From Clostridia bacterium (GTDB lineage Bacteria > Bacillota > Clostridia > UBA1212 > DUPL01): a stretch of DNA of 64,000 bases. Each line of letters starts with the position of its first letter. Positions within the stretch are counted from its first letter, which is position 1. The stretch is taken from contig JBMNIW010000004.1 of assembly GCA_050951325.1 (NCBI GenBank), positions 32,001-96,000 of the forward strand, read 5' to 3'. Below, in pieces: positions 39,497 to 50,193 of the stretch. Made by a program: the position numbers and the translations under genes. The notes beneath the pieces are model-generated. The model was not told the origin of the DNA. It did no database searches and worked only from the letters and a program-made list of their open reading frames with translations.

Positions 39497-40363
39497 ATGA
39501 AAAGAGCTGTTGTATTTCTTGTAATCTTGCTGGTCCTTGTGCAGTTTGCTATTGCAGTAAATGCAAATGAAATTCTGCCAGCAACAGTGAACGCTCTTAA
39601 GTTTGACGCAGAACCTACCTTTGACGGTGTCATCACCGAAGAGGAATGGGGAGAGCCTACACTGAAGGATGTTGTCAATGGTAATCCTGAGCAGGTATTT
39701 TTAACCGCAGGCGCTCCAGAACTTACTTGGACAGCCTGGCTCAGATGGGACTCCAACTATTTCTATCTGGCACTGCAAACACCTGACACCAAACACTCCA
39801 ACAGACAGGAAGGTGCAAATCTTTGGGGTGGAGACTGTGTTCAGCTAAAGCTTGATCCTTTAGGAAATTGGCAGAGCCAGGGACAATCCGACAAAACGTA
39901 CAAATCCGACAAGGCTGTAGACGTTGTTTTTGCTCTCAACAGCAAAATCAATCAAAGCGTGAGCCATTGCTGGAACGAAGGCAAAAATGTTATAGAAGGC
40001 GCAAAAGTCGCCGTAAAACATGAAAACAACATGACCTCCTACGAGATTGCAATTCCATGGGCTTTTCTGGAGGTCGAGGTCGAAGCTGGCGATGATATAG
40101 GACTTGCCATAGGGCGTCTGTCTGCTTCAAACGACTCCGATGATCCAAACCAGGCTTATGACGGATGCCTTGAATGGGGCTCCGGCACTATATTGAACCG
40201 TACCGATCCAGCCGCCTGCGGAACCAACAAGGTAGTCCTGTCAAGCGACAAGGCAGTTGAACCAAATGTTCCAACCGGCGATTCTGCAGCATTCGCTCAA
40301 GCCATCATATTCTTCGTGTTGGCAAGCGTCCTTTTTATTGCAAAGAGAAAAGTAAAGGTATAA
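39497..40363 (+). CDS. Secreted CBM9/DOMON-like sugar-binding protein with a sortase-type C-terminal anchor
   Basis: Signal peptide; PTFDG.I..EEW, LRWD..YFYLA, WGGDCVQ and YEIAIPW motifs; C-terminal NVPTGD-TM-KRKVKV. Confidence 0.78.
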   Translation: MKRAVVFLVILLVLVQFAIAVNANEILPATVNALKFDAEPTFDGVITEEEWGEPTLKDVVNGNPEQVFLTAGAPELTWTAWLRWDSNYFYLALQTPDTKHSNRQEGANLWGGDCVQLKLDPLGNWQSQGQSDKTYKSDKAVDVVFALNSKINQSVSHCWNEGKNVIEGAKVAVKHENNMTSYEIAIPWAFLEVEVEAGDDIGLAIGRLSASNDSDDPNQAYDGCLEWGSGTILNRTDPAACGTNKVVLSSDKAVEPNVPTGDSAAFAQAIIFFVLASVLFIAKRKVKV

Positions 40364-40367
40364 CTTC

Positions 40368-40400
40368 TTTTAAGAGCTGTTAAAAACAGCTCTTTTTCTT
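40368..40400. terminator. Terminator between convergent genes
   Basis: AAGAGCTGTT-AAA-AACAGCTCTT then TTTCTT. Confidence 0.78.
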
Positions 40401-40401
40401 G

Positions 40402-41127
40402 TTATTTATTCTTCTTGCCATATATGTAAAACACAATACCCAGCACCAACAAACAGACAACGGATACAACAAACAAGGGAGAGTCCGGCGTCCTTACAGC
40501 AGACCCTGCCAAGGTTATTAATATGGCTTTTGGAAGAAGTCCCGCCATTGAATAAATCAAATACTTTTTGAATTCCAGACCCATGGCAGACAAATACACA
40601 CTCGTTATACCTATTGGAGGCACTCCAATAAACCGCATTAGAAATATGTTCATTCGACTGTTGTGAATGTTTTTAAGCCTTTCCAACAACCTACCCTCGT
40701 CATCAATGCGCAGTACAAGCCTTTCAACATATACCCTGCCTAAAAACTTACCCATTATGAAATTTATTGAAAGTTCCAAAAACAACCCGGCAACAAGTAC
40801 AATCATCGCAACAGGCATGCTGAACAGCAAACCTACAAACCCATAAATCAATACTGGTGAGATAACAAACAAAGTCAGCGCTTTGAATGCATAGAATCCA
40901 AGCGTAATTATTATCGTATCAATATAACTTTCGTTGAACTCTGCGAAGGATTCAGAATCAAACCTCATGCTCAATGTATGGATGAACACACCCGCAAGGA
41001 TAAGAGTAATAAAAAGTGGAATTAAACCCACAAGCTCCCGCTTCTTTATTCTTCTTCTCATCCTTTTCAGTTTCTTGTACATCCTGTCCATATCTTTCAT
41101 GAAGTCGTCTTTGTCCTGCATTCGCAC
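40402..41127 (-). CDS. TVP38/TMEM64 (DedA/VTT) family membrane protein
   Basis: F..GK.LGR, LMRFIGVPP and YLIYS.AGLLP motifs. Confidence 0.8.
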   Translation of the reverse strand: MRMQDKDDFMKDMDRMYKKLKRMRRRIKKRELVGLIPLFITLILAGVFIHTLSMRFDSESFAEFNESYIDTIIITLGFYAFKALTLFVISPVLIYGFVGLLFSMPVAMIVLVAGLFLELSINFIMGKFLGRVYVERLVLRIDDEGRLLERLKNIHNSRMNIFLMRFIGVPPIGITSVYLSAMGLEFKKYLIYSMAGLLPKAILITLAGSAVRTPDSPLFVVSVVCLLVLGIVFYIYGKKNK

Positions 41128-41184
41128 ACCCGTCCTTGAAAGTAATCAATAACTAATATATGACAGGACAAGAATTATATGATA

Positions 41185-41211
41185 AAAGCCACAGACATTG
41201 TCTGTGGCTTT
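41185..41211 (-). terminator. Terminator after pckG
   Basis: AAAGCCACAGAC-AAT-GTCTGTGGCTTTT perfect stem. Confidence 0.8.
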
Positions 41212-41227
41212 AAAACTTAATTTATTG

Positions 41228-42985
41228 TTACAGGTTGTTGATTCTTTCTTTTTGAGCTTCAAATTGATTTCTAACTTCAACAGGAAGCTTGTCGAACTTG
41301 CCAAGATGCTCTTCCTGACTCTTGAGCTCCTCTATCCAGTCTTCCTTGTTGACGTCAAGAATGCTCTTAAGTGTATCAAGATCAACATCAGTGCCTTCCA
41401 GATCGATATCTCCTGGGTTTGGCAGATATCCTATAGGAGTCTTGACAGCGTCCGCCTTGTCATTGCATCTGTCCAGTATCCAGAGTAGTACTCTGAGGTT
41501 GTCACCGAATCCAGGCCAGATGAACTTGCCTTCGTCATCAAGTCTAAACCAGTTAACATTGAAAATCTTTGGCGGATTTGGAATCTTCCTGCCCATTTCA
41601 ATCCAATGCTGGAAGTACTCGCCCATATTGTATCCGCAGAATGGCAGCATTGCCATAGGATCTCTTCTAACAACTCCAACCTTGCCTGTTGCAGCAGCGG
41701 TTGTCTCGGATGCCATGGTTGCACCTACGTATACACCATGCTCCCAATCAAAGGACTGGTATACGAGCGGAGCAAGTTTTGCACGACGTCCGCCAAATAC
41801 GATAGCCGAAATGGGCACACCGTTTGGATCCTCGAACTTGTCAGAAATGCACGGGCACTGTTTTGCAGGTGCTGTAAATCTTGAGTTTGGATGTGCAGCT
41901 TTGGCATCCATGTCCGGCGTCCATGGATTGCCTCTCCAATCAAGCGCTTTTTCTGGTGCGGGAACACCCATGCCTTCCCACCATACTTCCTTGTTTTCCG
42001 TCAATGCAACGTTTGTAAATATTGTATTCTTTTTTGTGGTCAGAAGCGCATTTGGATTGGACTTCATGCTGGTTCCAGGAGCAACGCCAAAGAAACCTGC
42101 TTCCGGGTTGATTGCCCAGAGTCTTCCGTCCTTGCCAATTCTGAGCCACGCAATATCGTCACCTACTGTCCAGACTTTGTAACCTGCCTTCTTGTACTTC
42201 TCAGGTGGAATCAACATCGCAAGGTTTGTTTTACCGCATGCGCTTGGGAAAGCAGCTGCAATATACTCTACCTTTCCATTTGGATCCTCTATTCCAAGAA
42301 TAAGCATGTGCTCTGCCATCCATCCTTCTCTTCTGCCCAGAGCGCTGGCTATACGAAGTGCAAAGCACTTCTTACCCAGGAGAACATTTCCGCCGTAGCC
42401 GGAACCTATGGACCAGATTGCATTATCCTCTGGGAAGTGGCATATGAATCTCTTCTCTGGATCCAACTCTCCCTTGGAATGGAGTCCTTTAACAAAATCA
42501 TTGGAATCGCCAAGGAAATCCATTGCAATTTTTCCTATGCGAGTCATTATTCTCATATTCAAAACAACATAAATACTGTCTGTAATCTCGATACCAACTT
42601 TGCTGAATTCAGAACCTGGAGGTCCCATCAAGTATGGGATAACATACATTGTCCTACCCTTCATTGAACCATTGAACAAATTGCCTAGTCTTGCATAAGC
42701 GTAGCTTTTCTCCATCCAATTGTTAGTAGGACCTGCATTTTCCTTTTTTGAGGTACAAATGAAAGTAAGATGTTCCACGCGGGCAACATCATTTTCCGCA
42801 GTTCTATGATAATAGCATCCGGGATATGTTTCTTGGTTAAGTTCGACAAGCTCTCCTGTAGACAAAGCCTGTTTTGTAAGTCTGTCTTTTTCTTCTTCGG
42901 AGCCATCGATCCACACAATTTCATCGGGTTGTGTCAATTGAGCCATCTGCTCTACCCATTCATTTACATATTTGTTGTTATACAT
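41228..42985 (-). CDS. pckG: Phosphoenolpyruvate carboxykinase (GTP)
   Basis: YGGN.LLGKKCFALR, FPSACGKTNLAM, VGDDIAW, HPNSRF and WPGFGDN motifs. Confidence 0.97.
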   Translation of the reverse strand: MYNNKYVNEWVEQMAQLTQPDEIVWIDGSEEEKDRLTKQALSTGELVELNQETYPGCYYHRTAENDVARVEHLTFICTSKKENAGPTNNWMEKSYAYARLGNLFNGSMKGRTMYVIPYLMGPPGSEFSKVGIEITDSIYVVLNMRIMTRIGKIAMDFLGDSNDFVKGLHSKGELDPEKRFICHFPEDNAIWSIGSGYGGNVLLGKKCFALRIASALGRREGWMAEHMLILGIEDPNGKVEYIAAAFPSACGKTNLAMLIPPEKYKKAGYKVWTVGDDIAWLRIGKDGRLWAINPEAGFFGVAPGTSMKSNPNALLTTKKNTIFTNVALTENKEVWWEGMGVPAPEKALDWRGNPWTPDMDAKAAHPNSRFTAPAKQCPCISDKFEDPNGVPISAIVFGGRRAKLAPLVYQSFDWEHGVYVGATMASETTAAATGKVGVVRRDPMAMLPFCGYNMGEYFQHWIEMGRKIPNPPKIFNVNWFRLDDEGKFIWPGFGDNLRVLLWILDRCNDKADAVKTPIGYLPNPGDIDLEGTDVDLDTLKSILDVNKEDWIEELKSQEEHLGKFDKLPVEVRNQFEAQKERINNL

Positions 42986-43107
42986 ATTTCTACCTCTTTC
43001 TGAGCATTAAAATTTTATAAATAAAAATGCCTATTTTATTATATCTTATTAGCAATAAAATACAATAATAAGGAATTAAAATAACTTATAACATTTTATT
43101 AACTTTT

Positions 43108-43983
43108 TTATTTTGTGTGAATATCGTACAAAATATTCGAAAGAGTACCAAATTCTTCACCCGAAAGAACCTCTCCCCTTATGGAAATACCCTTGCCCAT
43201 CTCTTCCAAAGCCTTGCAAACGTCTTCTCTTGTAACATTTAAATAGGGAGCATTGGAAAGACTGTTTGCAAGGGTTTTCCTTCTCTGGGCAAAAGAAGCC
43301 TTCAGCACCTTGAAGAAGAAATCCTGGTCCTTGAGGTGAAATGGTCTTTCTTTCCTTACGTCAAACCGTATCACGCTTGAATCCACATTGGGTTTTGGTA
43401 TGAAAACAGACGGTGAAACTTTAAAAAGACTTTTGGGATAGGCAAAGTAGTTGACAGCAACAGTAAGCATGCCGTATTCCTTCCCTCCGGGTTTTGCACA
43501 AATTCTCTCCGCCACTTCCTTTTGAACCAAAAACGTCATGGACTCAAGATTCATTACATTCTCCTCAAGAAATTTCATGATTATTGGTGTTGTAATATAA
43601 TATGGAAGGTTGGCAACAACCTTTACATTTTTATCAGAGCAATACTTTTCAATAATTTCCTTGTTTATGTCAAGCTTCAAAACATCCTCGTTGACAATCT
43701 CAATGTTTTCATAGTCCTCCTTGAGATGCTCCAGCACCGGGATGAGCTTTTTGTCAATTTCCACGGCAATAACCTTATTTGCCCTCTCGGCAAGATACGA
43801 TGTCATAACGCCAAGACCCGGTCCTATTTCGATAACACAGTCATCCTTGTCTATATCCGCAGATAAAACAATTTTCTCCACAATGTTATAATCGTGGAGA
43901 AAATTCTGTCCAAGTTTTTTTACAGGTTCAATGTTGTAAACCTTCATCAATTCTTTTGTATTGATTTTCTTTCCTCTTTCCAA
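43108..43983 (-). CDS. rsmA: 16S rRNA dimethyladenosine transferase
   Basis: KKLGQNFL, IEIGPGLG, ANLPYYITTPI and F.P.PNVDS motifs. Confidence 0.97.
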   Translation of the reverse strand: MERGKKINTKELMKVYNIEPVKKLGQNFLHDYNIVEKIVLSADIDKDDCVIEIGPGLGVMTSYLAERANKVIAVEIDKKLIPVLEHLKEDYENIEIVNEDVLKLDINKEIIEKYCSDKNVKVVANLPYYITTPIIMKFLEENVMNLESMTFLVQKEVAERICAKPGGKEYGMLTVAVNYFAYPKSLFKVSPSVFIPKPNVDSSVIRFDVRKERPFHLKDQDFFFKVLKASFAQRRKTLANSLSNAPYLNVTREDVCKALEEMGKGISIRGEVLSGEEFGTLSNILYDIHTK

Positions 43984-44041
43984 ATTGATCCAATCTTCCT
44001 TTCAGGGATAACTCAATTAGTGTATTTAGCTGATATATATT

Positions 44042-45097
44042 TTATCCCCTTAACGAAAAAACATCAATAGATTGGTCATGCAAAACATAAACTTTTACTT
44101 TCTTTATGCCCCATCTGAAGCATTCTTCCTCGGTGTCCATGAACAAATCAATCTTGTGACCCTTGATTGCACCACCGGTATCCCATGCCACGCAAAAACC
44201 GTAATCCCATACTCCATACATACCTTCGACATAAAGTTTTGTACCAAGCGGAATCACAGTTGGATCCACTGCCACAACACCGACTCTTGCCCTCTTGCCA
44301 GGCATATGTACTGCATAACCCCACTTTTCGCAGGCTGTGTACGCAGTTGCAGTCATTTCATACGCTTGCGTATAGCTGACTGTCTGACCTCTCGAGTTGA
44401 CAAAGTTTGCAATGGTTCCGTAAGCAATTATTTCCTTGATCGGATTCACTGTTATCTTGTCAGATACGAGAGTGCGTGAAATTTCCACATTTTCTTCTTT
44501 GATTACACGGTATACCAAGGTTCTTACACCTTCCCTACCCGGGGTAAGTACCTTAGTCTGACCCTTCAGCAGATAGTTTGACGGAACGTATTCCGTCTCA
44601 TATTCAATTGTTATGTTCTCAATATCATATTCTTCCTGTATCCTTACGATGGATAGATTCATCCCATTTTCGGTTATCTCATCCAGCTCCGCTCCTATTA
44701 CCAAATCCCGGGCAGTAAGCTCTATATCGTTCTGTTCCAACACTTCTGAAACTGTTGACTGTCGGGATTTAATCATTACTTCCCTGCCTTCAACATTTAC
44801 AGTAAGTGTAATTGGGGTTTCGATCTCAATGAAATCGACTCCGGAAAGGGATGTATCTATATCATGATTTATGTAGTCGTCTTCTGTAAGATTAATACCT
44901 GCTACCGATAAGGCCTCCTTTACGGTTCTACCGGTGGTCGTAACATCAATAAGTGTTCCGTTGTAACATATGGTAACCGTGTTTATGTTGCTGGCGAAGA
45001 TCCCGGACGCCAAAGCTATGGACATTACTGTCACGCCAATAAGCATTACAGGATATCTAACCAACGCAAACAGTTTAGCATATTTACCTTTCTTCAA
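44042..45097 (-). CDS. YabE-like cell wall protein (DUF348 repeats + G5 + 3D domain)
   Basis: TV.E.L repeats, G5 region, and ATAY..VAVDP.VIPLGT..DTGGAIKG..IDLF; tatD-yabE-rsmA synteny. Confidence 0.9.
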   Translation of the reverse strand: MKKGKYAKLFALVRYPVMLIGVTVMSIALASGIFASNINTVTICYNGTLIDVTTTGRTVKEALSVAGINLTEDDYINHDIDTSLSGVDFIEIETPITLTVNVEGREVMIKSRQSTVSEVLEQNDIELTARDLVIGAELDEITENGMNLSIVRIQEEYDIENITIEYETEYVPSNYLLKGQTKVLTPGREGVRTLVYRVIKEENVEISRTLVSDKITVNPIKEIIAYGTIANFVNSRGQTVSYTQAYEMTATAYTACEKWGYAVHMPGKRARVGVVAVDPTVIPLGTKLYVEGMYGVWDYGFCVAWDTGGAIKGHKIDLFMDTEEECFRWGIKKVKVYVLHDQSIDVFSLRG

Positions 45098-45237
45098 AGT
45101 ATCAACTCCTGTTAAGTATGTTTACAGCTAAACACCTGTCAGATTCTATTATATCTTATGCAAAGTGTCAACTTTTTAGTAAAAACTTTGTGCACTGTGC
45201 ACAACATTTCATAAAATATTCCAGTTACGCTTGTGCA

Positions 45238-45999
45238 CTATACACAAAAAAAACGCTTTGCATTGATATTTGTCAGTTCAACAAGTTCTTCGTAATCCAT
45301 TCCTTTTATCTCAGCAATTTTTCTTGCAACATATGAAAGGTACATGGACTCGTTTCTTCTTCCTCTGTACGGTACGGGAGTCATATATGGTGCGTCCGTT
45401 TCCAGCATAAGCCTGTCATTTGGTATGGCATCCAATGCCTTTACAATCTTTTTGGCATTCTTGAACGTAACAACTCCACCTATCGAATAGTATAAATCAA
45501 GCTTGTTTGCCTCAAGTGCAGTCTCGAAACTTCCGGTAAAGCAGTGCAGAACCCCTCCAATATCATTGACTCTTTCTTCCTTGAGAATTCTGAGAGTCTC
45601 TTCAGTTGCTTCCCTGGAATGGATAACAACCGGCTTTTTAACTTCCCTGGCCAGATTGATATTTGCCCTAAAACTCTTAACCTGAATTTCTCTCGGGGAA
45701 AAATCATAGTGGAAATCAAGGCCTGTCTCCCCGATTGCCACCACATTATCATCAAGCGCCCTTTTGTAAAGCTGCTCCATAACCTCCTCCGAGAAGCTGT
45801 TTGCATTATGCGGATGAATGCCGCAGGTTGCATATACGAAGTTGTACGTATTTGCAAGCTCTATGCATGCATCCGTAGTCTTCAAATCCTGGGCTGCATT
45901 TACGATAAAATGGACGTACTCCTTATTACGCATTAAAGTTTCATGCCGGTCCTCGTCAAAAGCGCTGTCATCATAATGTGCGTGAGTGTCTACAAACAT
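45238..45999 (-). CDS. TatD family deoxyribonuclease
   Basis: DTHAH, GIHPH, IGETGLD, IHSREA and LETDAPY motifs. Confidence 0.95.
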   Translation of the reverse strand: MFVDTHAHYDDSAFDEDRHETLMRNKEYVHFIVNAAQDLKTTDACIELANTYNFVYATCGIHPHNANSFSEEVMEQLYKRALDDNVVAIGETGLDFHYDFSPREIQVKSFRANINLAREVKKPVVIHSREATEETLRILKEERVNDIGGVLHCFTGSFETALEANKLDLYYSIGGVVTFKNAKKIVKALDAIPNDRLMLETDAPYMTPVPYRGRRNESMYLSYVARKIAEIKGMDYEELVELTNINAKRFFCV

Positions 46000-46011
46000 T
46001 TTTACATCCTT

Positions 46012-46878
46012 TCACAGATCCGAGTATAATCCTTCAACTTCCCTTACATCCTTGATTATAATGAATGCATCCGGGTCATGTCGGTCTATTATCCTTCTCA
46101 AAGCCGTAAGCTGCCGGTTATATATCACGCAAATCAATATATCGATATGCGCACCTGTATACATGCCGGTTCCAGCCATCTTTGTAGTCCCCCTATCAAG
46201 CTCCGTCATTACGTCTTTTGCAATGTCTTCCGCCTTGTTTGTCATCACATATACTTCTTTCGCATAGTGGAGACCTGCTTCCACCACATCAATAAGTTTT
46301 GAAGTTAGGAAGATGGTTATTCCCGCATAAAGGGCAAAAACAGGTTTTTCATACGTTATGGCCACCAGTGTAAGGATTAATATGTCCATTGCAAGAAGCA
46401 GCTGTCCCAATGACAGCCATGAAAACTTTCTCTGCAGAAGTCTTGCTGCAATGTCGGTTCCTCCTGTCGTAAAACCTGCTCTGAAGATGAGACCGAGTCC
46501 CATGCCGTACAAAACACCACCCCAAATACTCGAAAGGATAAAATCATTTACGACACCATCGGTGGTTAATCCGATTTTGTCTGAAATGCCTATCCAGTTT
46601 ATTACGGAAAGTACGTCTATCATGATGGAAAAAAGAATCGTTCCAACAAAACTTCTGAATATGAATGATTTTCCTAGAACCTTGTACCCTGCAATGAACA
46701 AGGGGATGTTAAGAATGGCGGTCAACGTACCTACTGGAATCAGACCCTTTGTAAGCATGTTTATAATTACTGCAATTCCGGAAACACCGCCGGGGGCGAT
46801 GTCTCCAGGTATCAGTATCAAATTAAAGCTTATTCCGGCTATGATTGCGCCTAATAACAATAAAAGTATTTTCTTCAA
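46012..46878 (-). CDS. YitT family membrane protein
   Basis: GGVSGIA, LNIPL, TTGGTDI, RG.T...G.GMY and DPDAF motifs. Confidence 0.9.
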   Translation of the reverse strand: MKKILLLLLGAIIAGISFNLILIPGDIAPGGVSGIAVIINMLTKGLIPVGTLTAILNIPLFIAGYKVLGKSFIFRSFVGTILFSIMIDVLSVINWIGISDKIGLTTDGVVNDFILSSIWGGVLYGMGLGLIFRAGFTTGGTDIAARLLQRKFSWLSLGQLLLAMDILILTLVAITYEKPVFALYAGITIFLTSKLIDVVEAGLHYAKEVYVMTNKAEDIAKDVMTELDRGTTKMAGTGMYTGAHIDILICVIYNRQLTALRRIIDRHDPDAFIIIKDVREVEGLYSDL

Positions 46879-46920
46879 ACTACAGCCCTCCGATATAAAT
46901 TATTCCTAATTGTATAAGAA

Positions 46921-47649
46921 CTATTCCTCGCTGTAGTTGTGATATACCTCTATTACATCATCATTATCTTCCAGGGCATCTATAAGTTTTGCAAACTTTT
47001 CCCTGTCCTCTTCATTTTCAAGCTTCACGTAGGACTGGGGAACCATTGTAATTGAAGCTTCTGCAAATTTGTATCCCTTTTTCTCCAAAACATCCCTTAC
47101 ACTTGAAAAGGAAGAAGGAGCAGTGGCAATCTCATAAGCACCATCAATATTTGAAAAATCTTCAGCTTCCGTTTCAAGCACATCCATCATCAATGTATCT
47201 TCTTCAAAACTTCCATCGTCTTCAATAACAATAATACCCTTTCTATCAAACATAAAGGACACACAGTTGGTTGCTCCAAGATTTCCACCATATTTGTCGA
47301 AATAGTGTCTCATTTCACCAGCTGTTCTGTTACGGTTGTCTGTAACAGCCTCAACTATGACTGCAACTCCTGAAGGACCGTAACCTTCATAGGTAATTTC
47401 CTCCATGTTGTCACTCATGCCCTCGCCTGAAGCCCTTTTAATACTTCTTTGTATGTTATCATTGGGCATGTTGTTGGCCTTGGCTTTTGCAATAACATCC
47501 TTGAGTCTTGAGTTTGTTTCAGGGTCCGGACCGCCTTCGCGTACGGCAACCTGAATCTCCCTGCCAAGCTTTGTAAATATTTTTGCTCTCTGAGCGTCAG
47601 TTTTGCTCTTTTTATGCTTTATATTAGCCCACTTAGAATGACCAGCCAT
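46921..47649 (-). CDS. YebC/PmpR family protein
   Basis: [21 protein letters not shown] and TDNRNRT motifs. Confidence 0.96.
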   Translation of the reverse strand: MAGHSKWANIKHKKSKTDAQRAKIFTKLGREIQVAVREGGPDPETNSRLKDVIAKAKANNMPNDNIQRSIKRASGEGMSDNMEEITYEGYGPSGVAVIVEAVTDNRNRTAGEMRHYFDKYGGNLGATNCVSFMFDRKGIIVIEDDGSFEEDTLMMDVLETEAEDFSNIDGAYEIATAPSSFSSVRDVLEKKGYKFAEASITMVPQSYVKLENEEDREKFAKLIDALEDNDDVIEVYHNYSEE

Positions 47650-47709
47650 AAAATTCCTCCAAATTATATAAATTTATCACATCAATTATATTCGAATTTC
47701 ACCAAACCT

Positions 47710-48336
47710 TCAAGTAACAGGGTAATATTCCTTTTCCCCTAAACTTAAATAATTCTTGCCATTCGTAACCTCATTGACAATGTTGACCACCTTGTCAACT
47801 TCATCCTCCTCCACAATATATGTAACAGTGACATTTTCACCAAACACGGGAGCTTGCGCCATTTTGTCCGCAAGAGCGTTCTGCAGCTTTCCATAAAAAG
47901 TATACTCCACTGTGACACTAACAGGCTGACACAGAACCATTCTGCAAAGTCCTGCGTCGGCAATTGCCAATGAAGCAGCTTTTCCATATGCCCTTACAAG
48001 ACCTGCTGCACCAAGCAAGACCCCTCCAAAGTATCTGGTAACTACAATCACCGCATTCGTGATATCCTGTTTTCGCAAAACATCCAATACAGGAATACCA
48101 CCAGTTCCCTGCGGCTCGCCATCGTCAGAATATCTGGAAACGACTTGTCCGTCCTCATTTACAATGTACGCATAGACATTGTGCCTCGCTCCTTTGTTCA
48201 TACCCTTAATCTTTTCAATATAATCAATGCACTCCTGTTCAGTTGAAACAGGCTTTGCATATCCTATGAACTCGGACCGTTTTTCAACATATGTTCCGCT
48301 GCCCTCTTTTGATAAAGTAATATATGACCTGCTCAT
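47710..48336 (-). CDS. YigZ/IMPACT family protein
   Basis: [12 protein letters not shown] and [16 protein letters not shown] motifs. Confidence 0.94.
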   Translation of the reverse strand: MSRSYITLSKEGSGTYVEKRSEFIGYAKPVSTEQECIDYIEKIKGMNKGARHNVYAYIVNEDGQVVSRYSDDGEPQGTGGIPVLDVLRKQDITNAVIVVTRYFGGVLLGAAGLVRAYGKAASLAIADAGLCRMVLCQPVSVTVEYTFYGKLQNALADKMAQAPVFGENVTVTYIVEEDEVDKVVNIVNEVTNGKNYLSLGEKEYYPVT

Positions 48337-50135
48337 ACATTCCCTCTTTCAAATTCTCGTATTTTATGCATGTACTGGTTTGGAAGAGTGCCTGTAACTT
48401 TTATCCCATCCTCCGTATACTGTTCATCTTTCACCACTCCCTTTTCATGCAAAAAAGGAAGCACCCAAGCCTCTTTGTAAGGCACCAATATATCAAATTC
48501 TTCAAAAAACCTTGTAAAGAAGTCAAAAATACCCTTTTTAAGTTCATCAAGGCCTTCTCCAGTCCTGGCAGAAACGTAAAAAGTCTTGGCAAACACCCTG
48601 CCAGGCTTTACAACACCTCCATCACTGACGATATCCATCTTGTTCACCACAAGATACTTGGGTTTGTTTGCAGCACCGATGTCCTTTAATATAGACTCTA
48701 CCACTTCAATTCTTTCATCCAGATCAGGACTTGTGGCATCCACCACATGAAGAAGCAAATCCGCCTGGGTTGCCTCTTCCAATGTAGACTTGAAGGCCTC
48801 CACAAGATGAGTTGGCAGCTTTTTAATAAAGCCAACAGTATCAACAAGAAGATAGGTGCTGTTGTCTTCGGTAATCATTTTCCTAACTGTTGAATCCAAA
48901 GTCGCAAACAGCTTGTCCTCTACAAAAACCCCCGCCTCACAAAGGCAGTTCATAAGAGACGACTTTCCTGCATTCGTGTAACCCACCAATGAAATAACAG
49001 GAACTTCATTTTTTATTCTTTCTTTCCTCAGAACTTCCCTTTTAGATGCTATCTCCTTCAATCTGCGCTGCAGATAGTTAATTTTTCTGTTTATCGCCCG
49101 CCTGTCGGTTTCAAGCTTGGTCTCACCGGGGCCTCTTGTTCCGATACCGCCTCCGAGTCTTGACAGAATCTGACCCATTCCCGTAAGTCTTGGCAGCCTG
49201 TATTGAAGCTGCGCCAGTTCCACCTGCAATTTACCTTCCAGGCTTGTTGCCCTCTTGGCAAAAATGTCAAGAATGAGAGCGGTTCTGTCAATTATCTTTA
49301 CACCGGTAATCTCCTCCAAATTTCTTATCTGGGCGTAGCTGAGTTCATCGTCGAATATTACCAAATCAGCATTCAACGATTGCCTGTGAAAGGCCAGCTC
49401 CTCCGCCAAACCTTTACCGATGTAATATCTTGCATCAATGGATGCTCTTTTCTGGACAAAGCTGCCCACTACCAAAGCTCCCGCCGTTCTTGCCAGCTCG
49501 GCAAGCTCGTCAAGGTAAGCTTCGTCCTCTCTTGTGGATACCCCCACCAATATGGCTCTTTCCTGCTCTTCCTGAGTCACTTCCACTATTGTAGAAGTTA
49601 TAACGTCTGTTTCCTCAACAATTTCAAACAACTCATCAAACTTGTCCAGCTCTTTCATGCTGTATGGACCGTACAACTTCGTATTTGAAAGCCTCTCTTC
49701 CTCATCTCTTTCCAGCATTGTGACGGATACACCCGTAACATGAGGCTTGTCATTGTAATTAACAACGCCAATGACAATCATGCCGTCCAGTCTTAGAGTC
49801 TTGAGGGAATTCAAGTCCACATCCGAAGGCAGGCTTGAACCACCGGGATGGGTGTGTAAAAACCTTATGCCGGACAACCTGTTTGTTCCCCTTCTGTTAT
49901 CCATAAATGGAAGGGAAACAGACCTGTCGTCCCCTATTACGATGGCTTCAACCCTGTTTCTTCTATTAATATATATACCAATTTCCTTGCCAGTCTCTCC
50001 CGTAATGTAAGCCATTATATTAACAAGTTCAATCGGCACAAAACTTTCAGGCGATTGCACTGAATCTATAAATGTTTCAAGATAATCCAGATGAGCTTGT
50101 TTTACAGCTTGTGTGTTTCCAAGAACTTTTCCCAT
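48333..50135 (-). CDS. hflX: GTPase HflX, long form with N-terminal JAB-like extension
   Basis: [33 protein letters not shown] and NKMD motifs; start ATG 50135 after GGAGG. Confidence 0.95.
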   Translation of the reverse strand: MGKVLGNTQAVKQAHLDYLETFIDSVQSPESFVPIELVNIMAYITGETGKEIGIYINRRNRVEAIVIGDDRSVSLPFMDNRRGTNRLSGIRFLHTHPGGSSLPSDVDLNSLKTLRLDGMIVIGVVNYNDKPHVTGVSVTMLERDEEERLSNTKLYGPYSMKELDKFDELFEIVEETDVITSTIVEVTQEEQERAILVGVSTREDEAYLDELAELARTAGALVVGSFVQKRASIDARYYIGKGLAEELAFHRQSLNADLVIFDDELSYAQIRNLEEITGVKIIDRTALILDIFAKRATSLEGKLQVELAQLQYRLPRLTGMGQILSRLGGGIGTRGPGETKLETDRRAINRKINYLQRRLKEIASKREVLRKERIKNEVPVISLVGYTNAGKSSLMNCLCEAGVFVEDKLFATLDSTVRKMITEDNSTYLLVDTVGFIKKLPTHLVEAFKSTLEEATQADLLLHVVDATSPDLDERIEVVESILKDIGAANKPKYLVVNKMDIVSDGGVVKPGRVFAKTFYVSARTGEGLDELKKGIFDFFTRFFEEFDILVPYKEAWVLPFLHEKGVVKDEQYTEDGIKVTGTLPNQYMHKIREFERGNV

Positions 50136-50193
50136 ATACCCTCCAAAACATGTACTTATTCTATTGTACCCCAAATTTAATAAGTTTGGCAAA

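Noticed and set aside
41322-42667. Long antisense ORFs (286 aa and 258 aa) opposite pckG
   Set aside because: Shadow frames of a strongly codon-biased conserved gene; no RBS or recognisable motifs
45188-45204. Palindrome TTGTGCAC-T-GTGCACAA upstream of yabE
   Set aside because: Single short inverted repeat; cannot distinguish operator, terminator or chance
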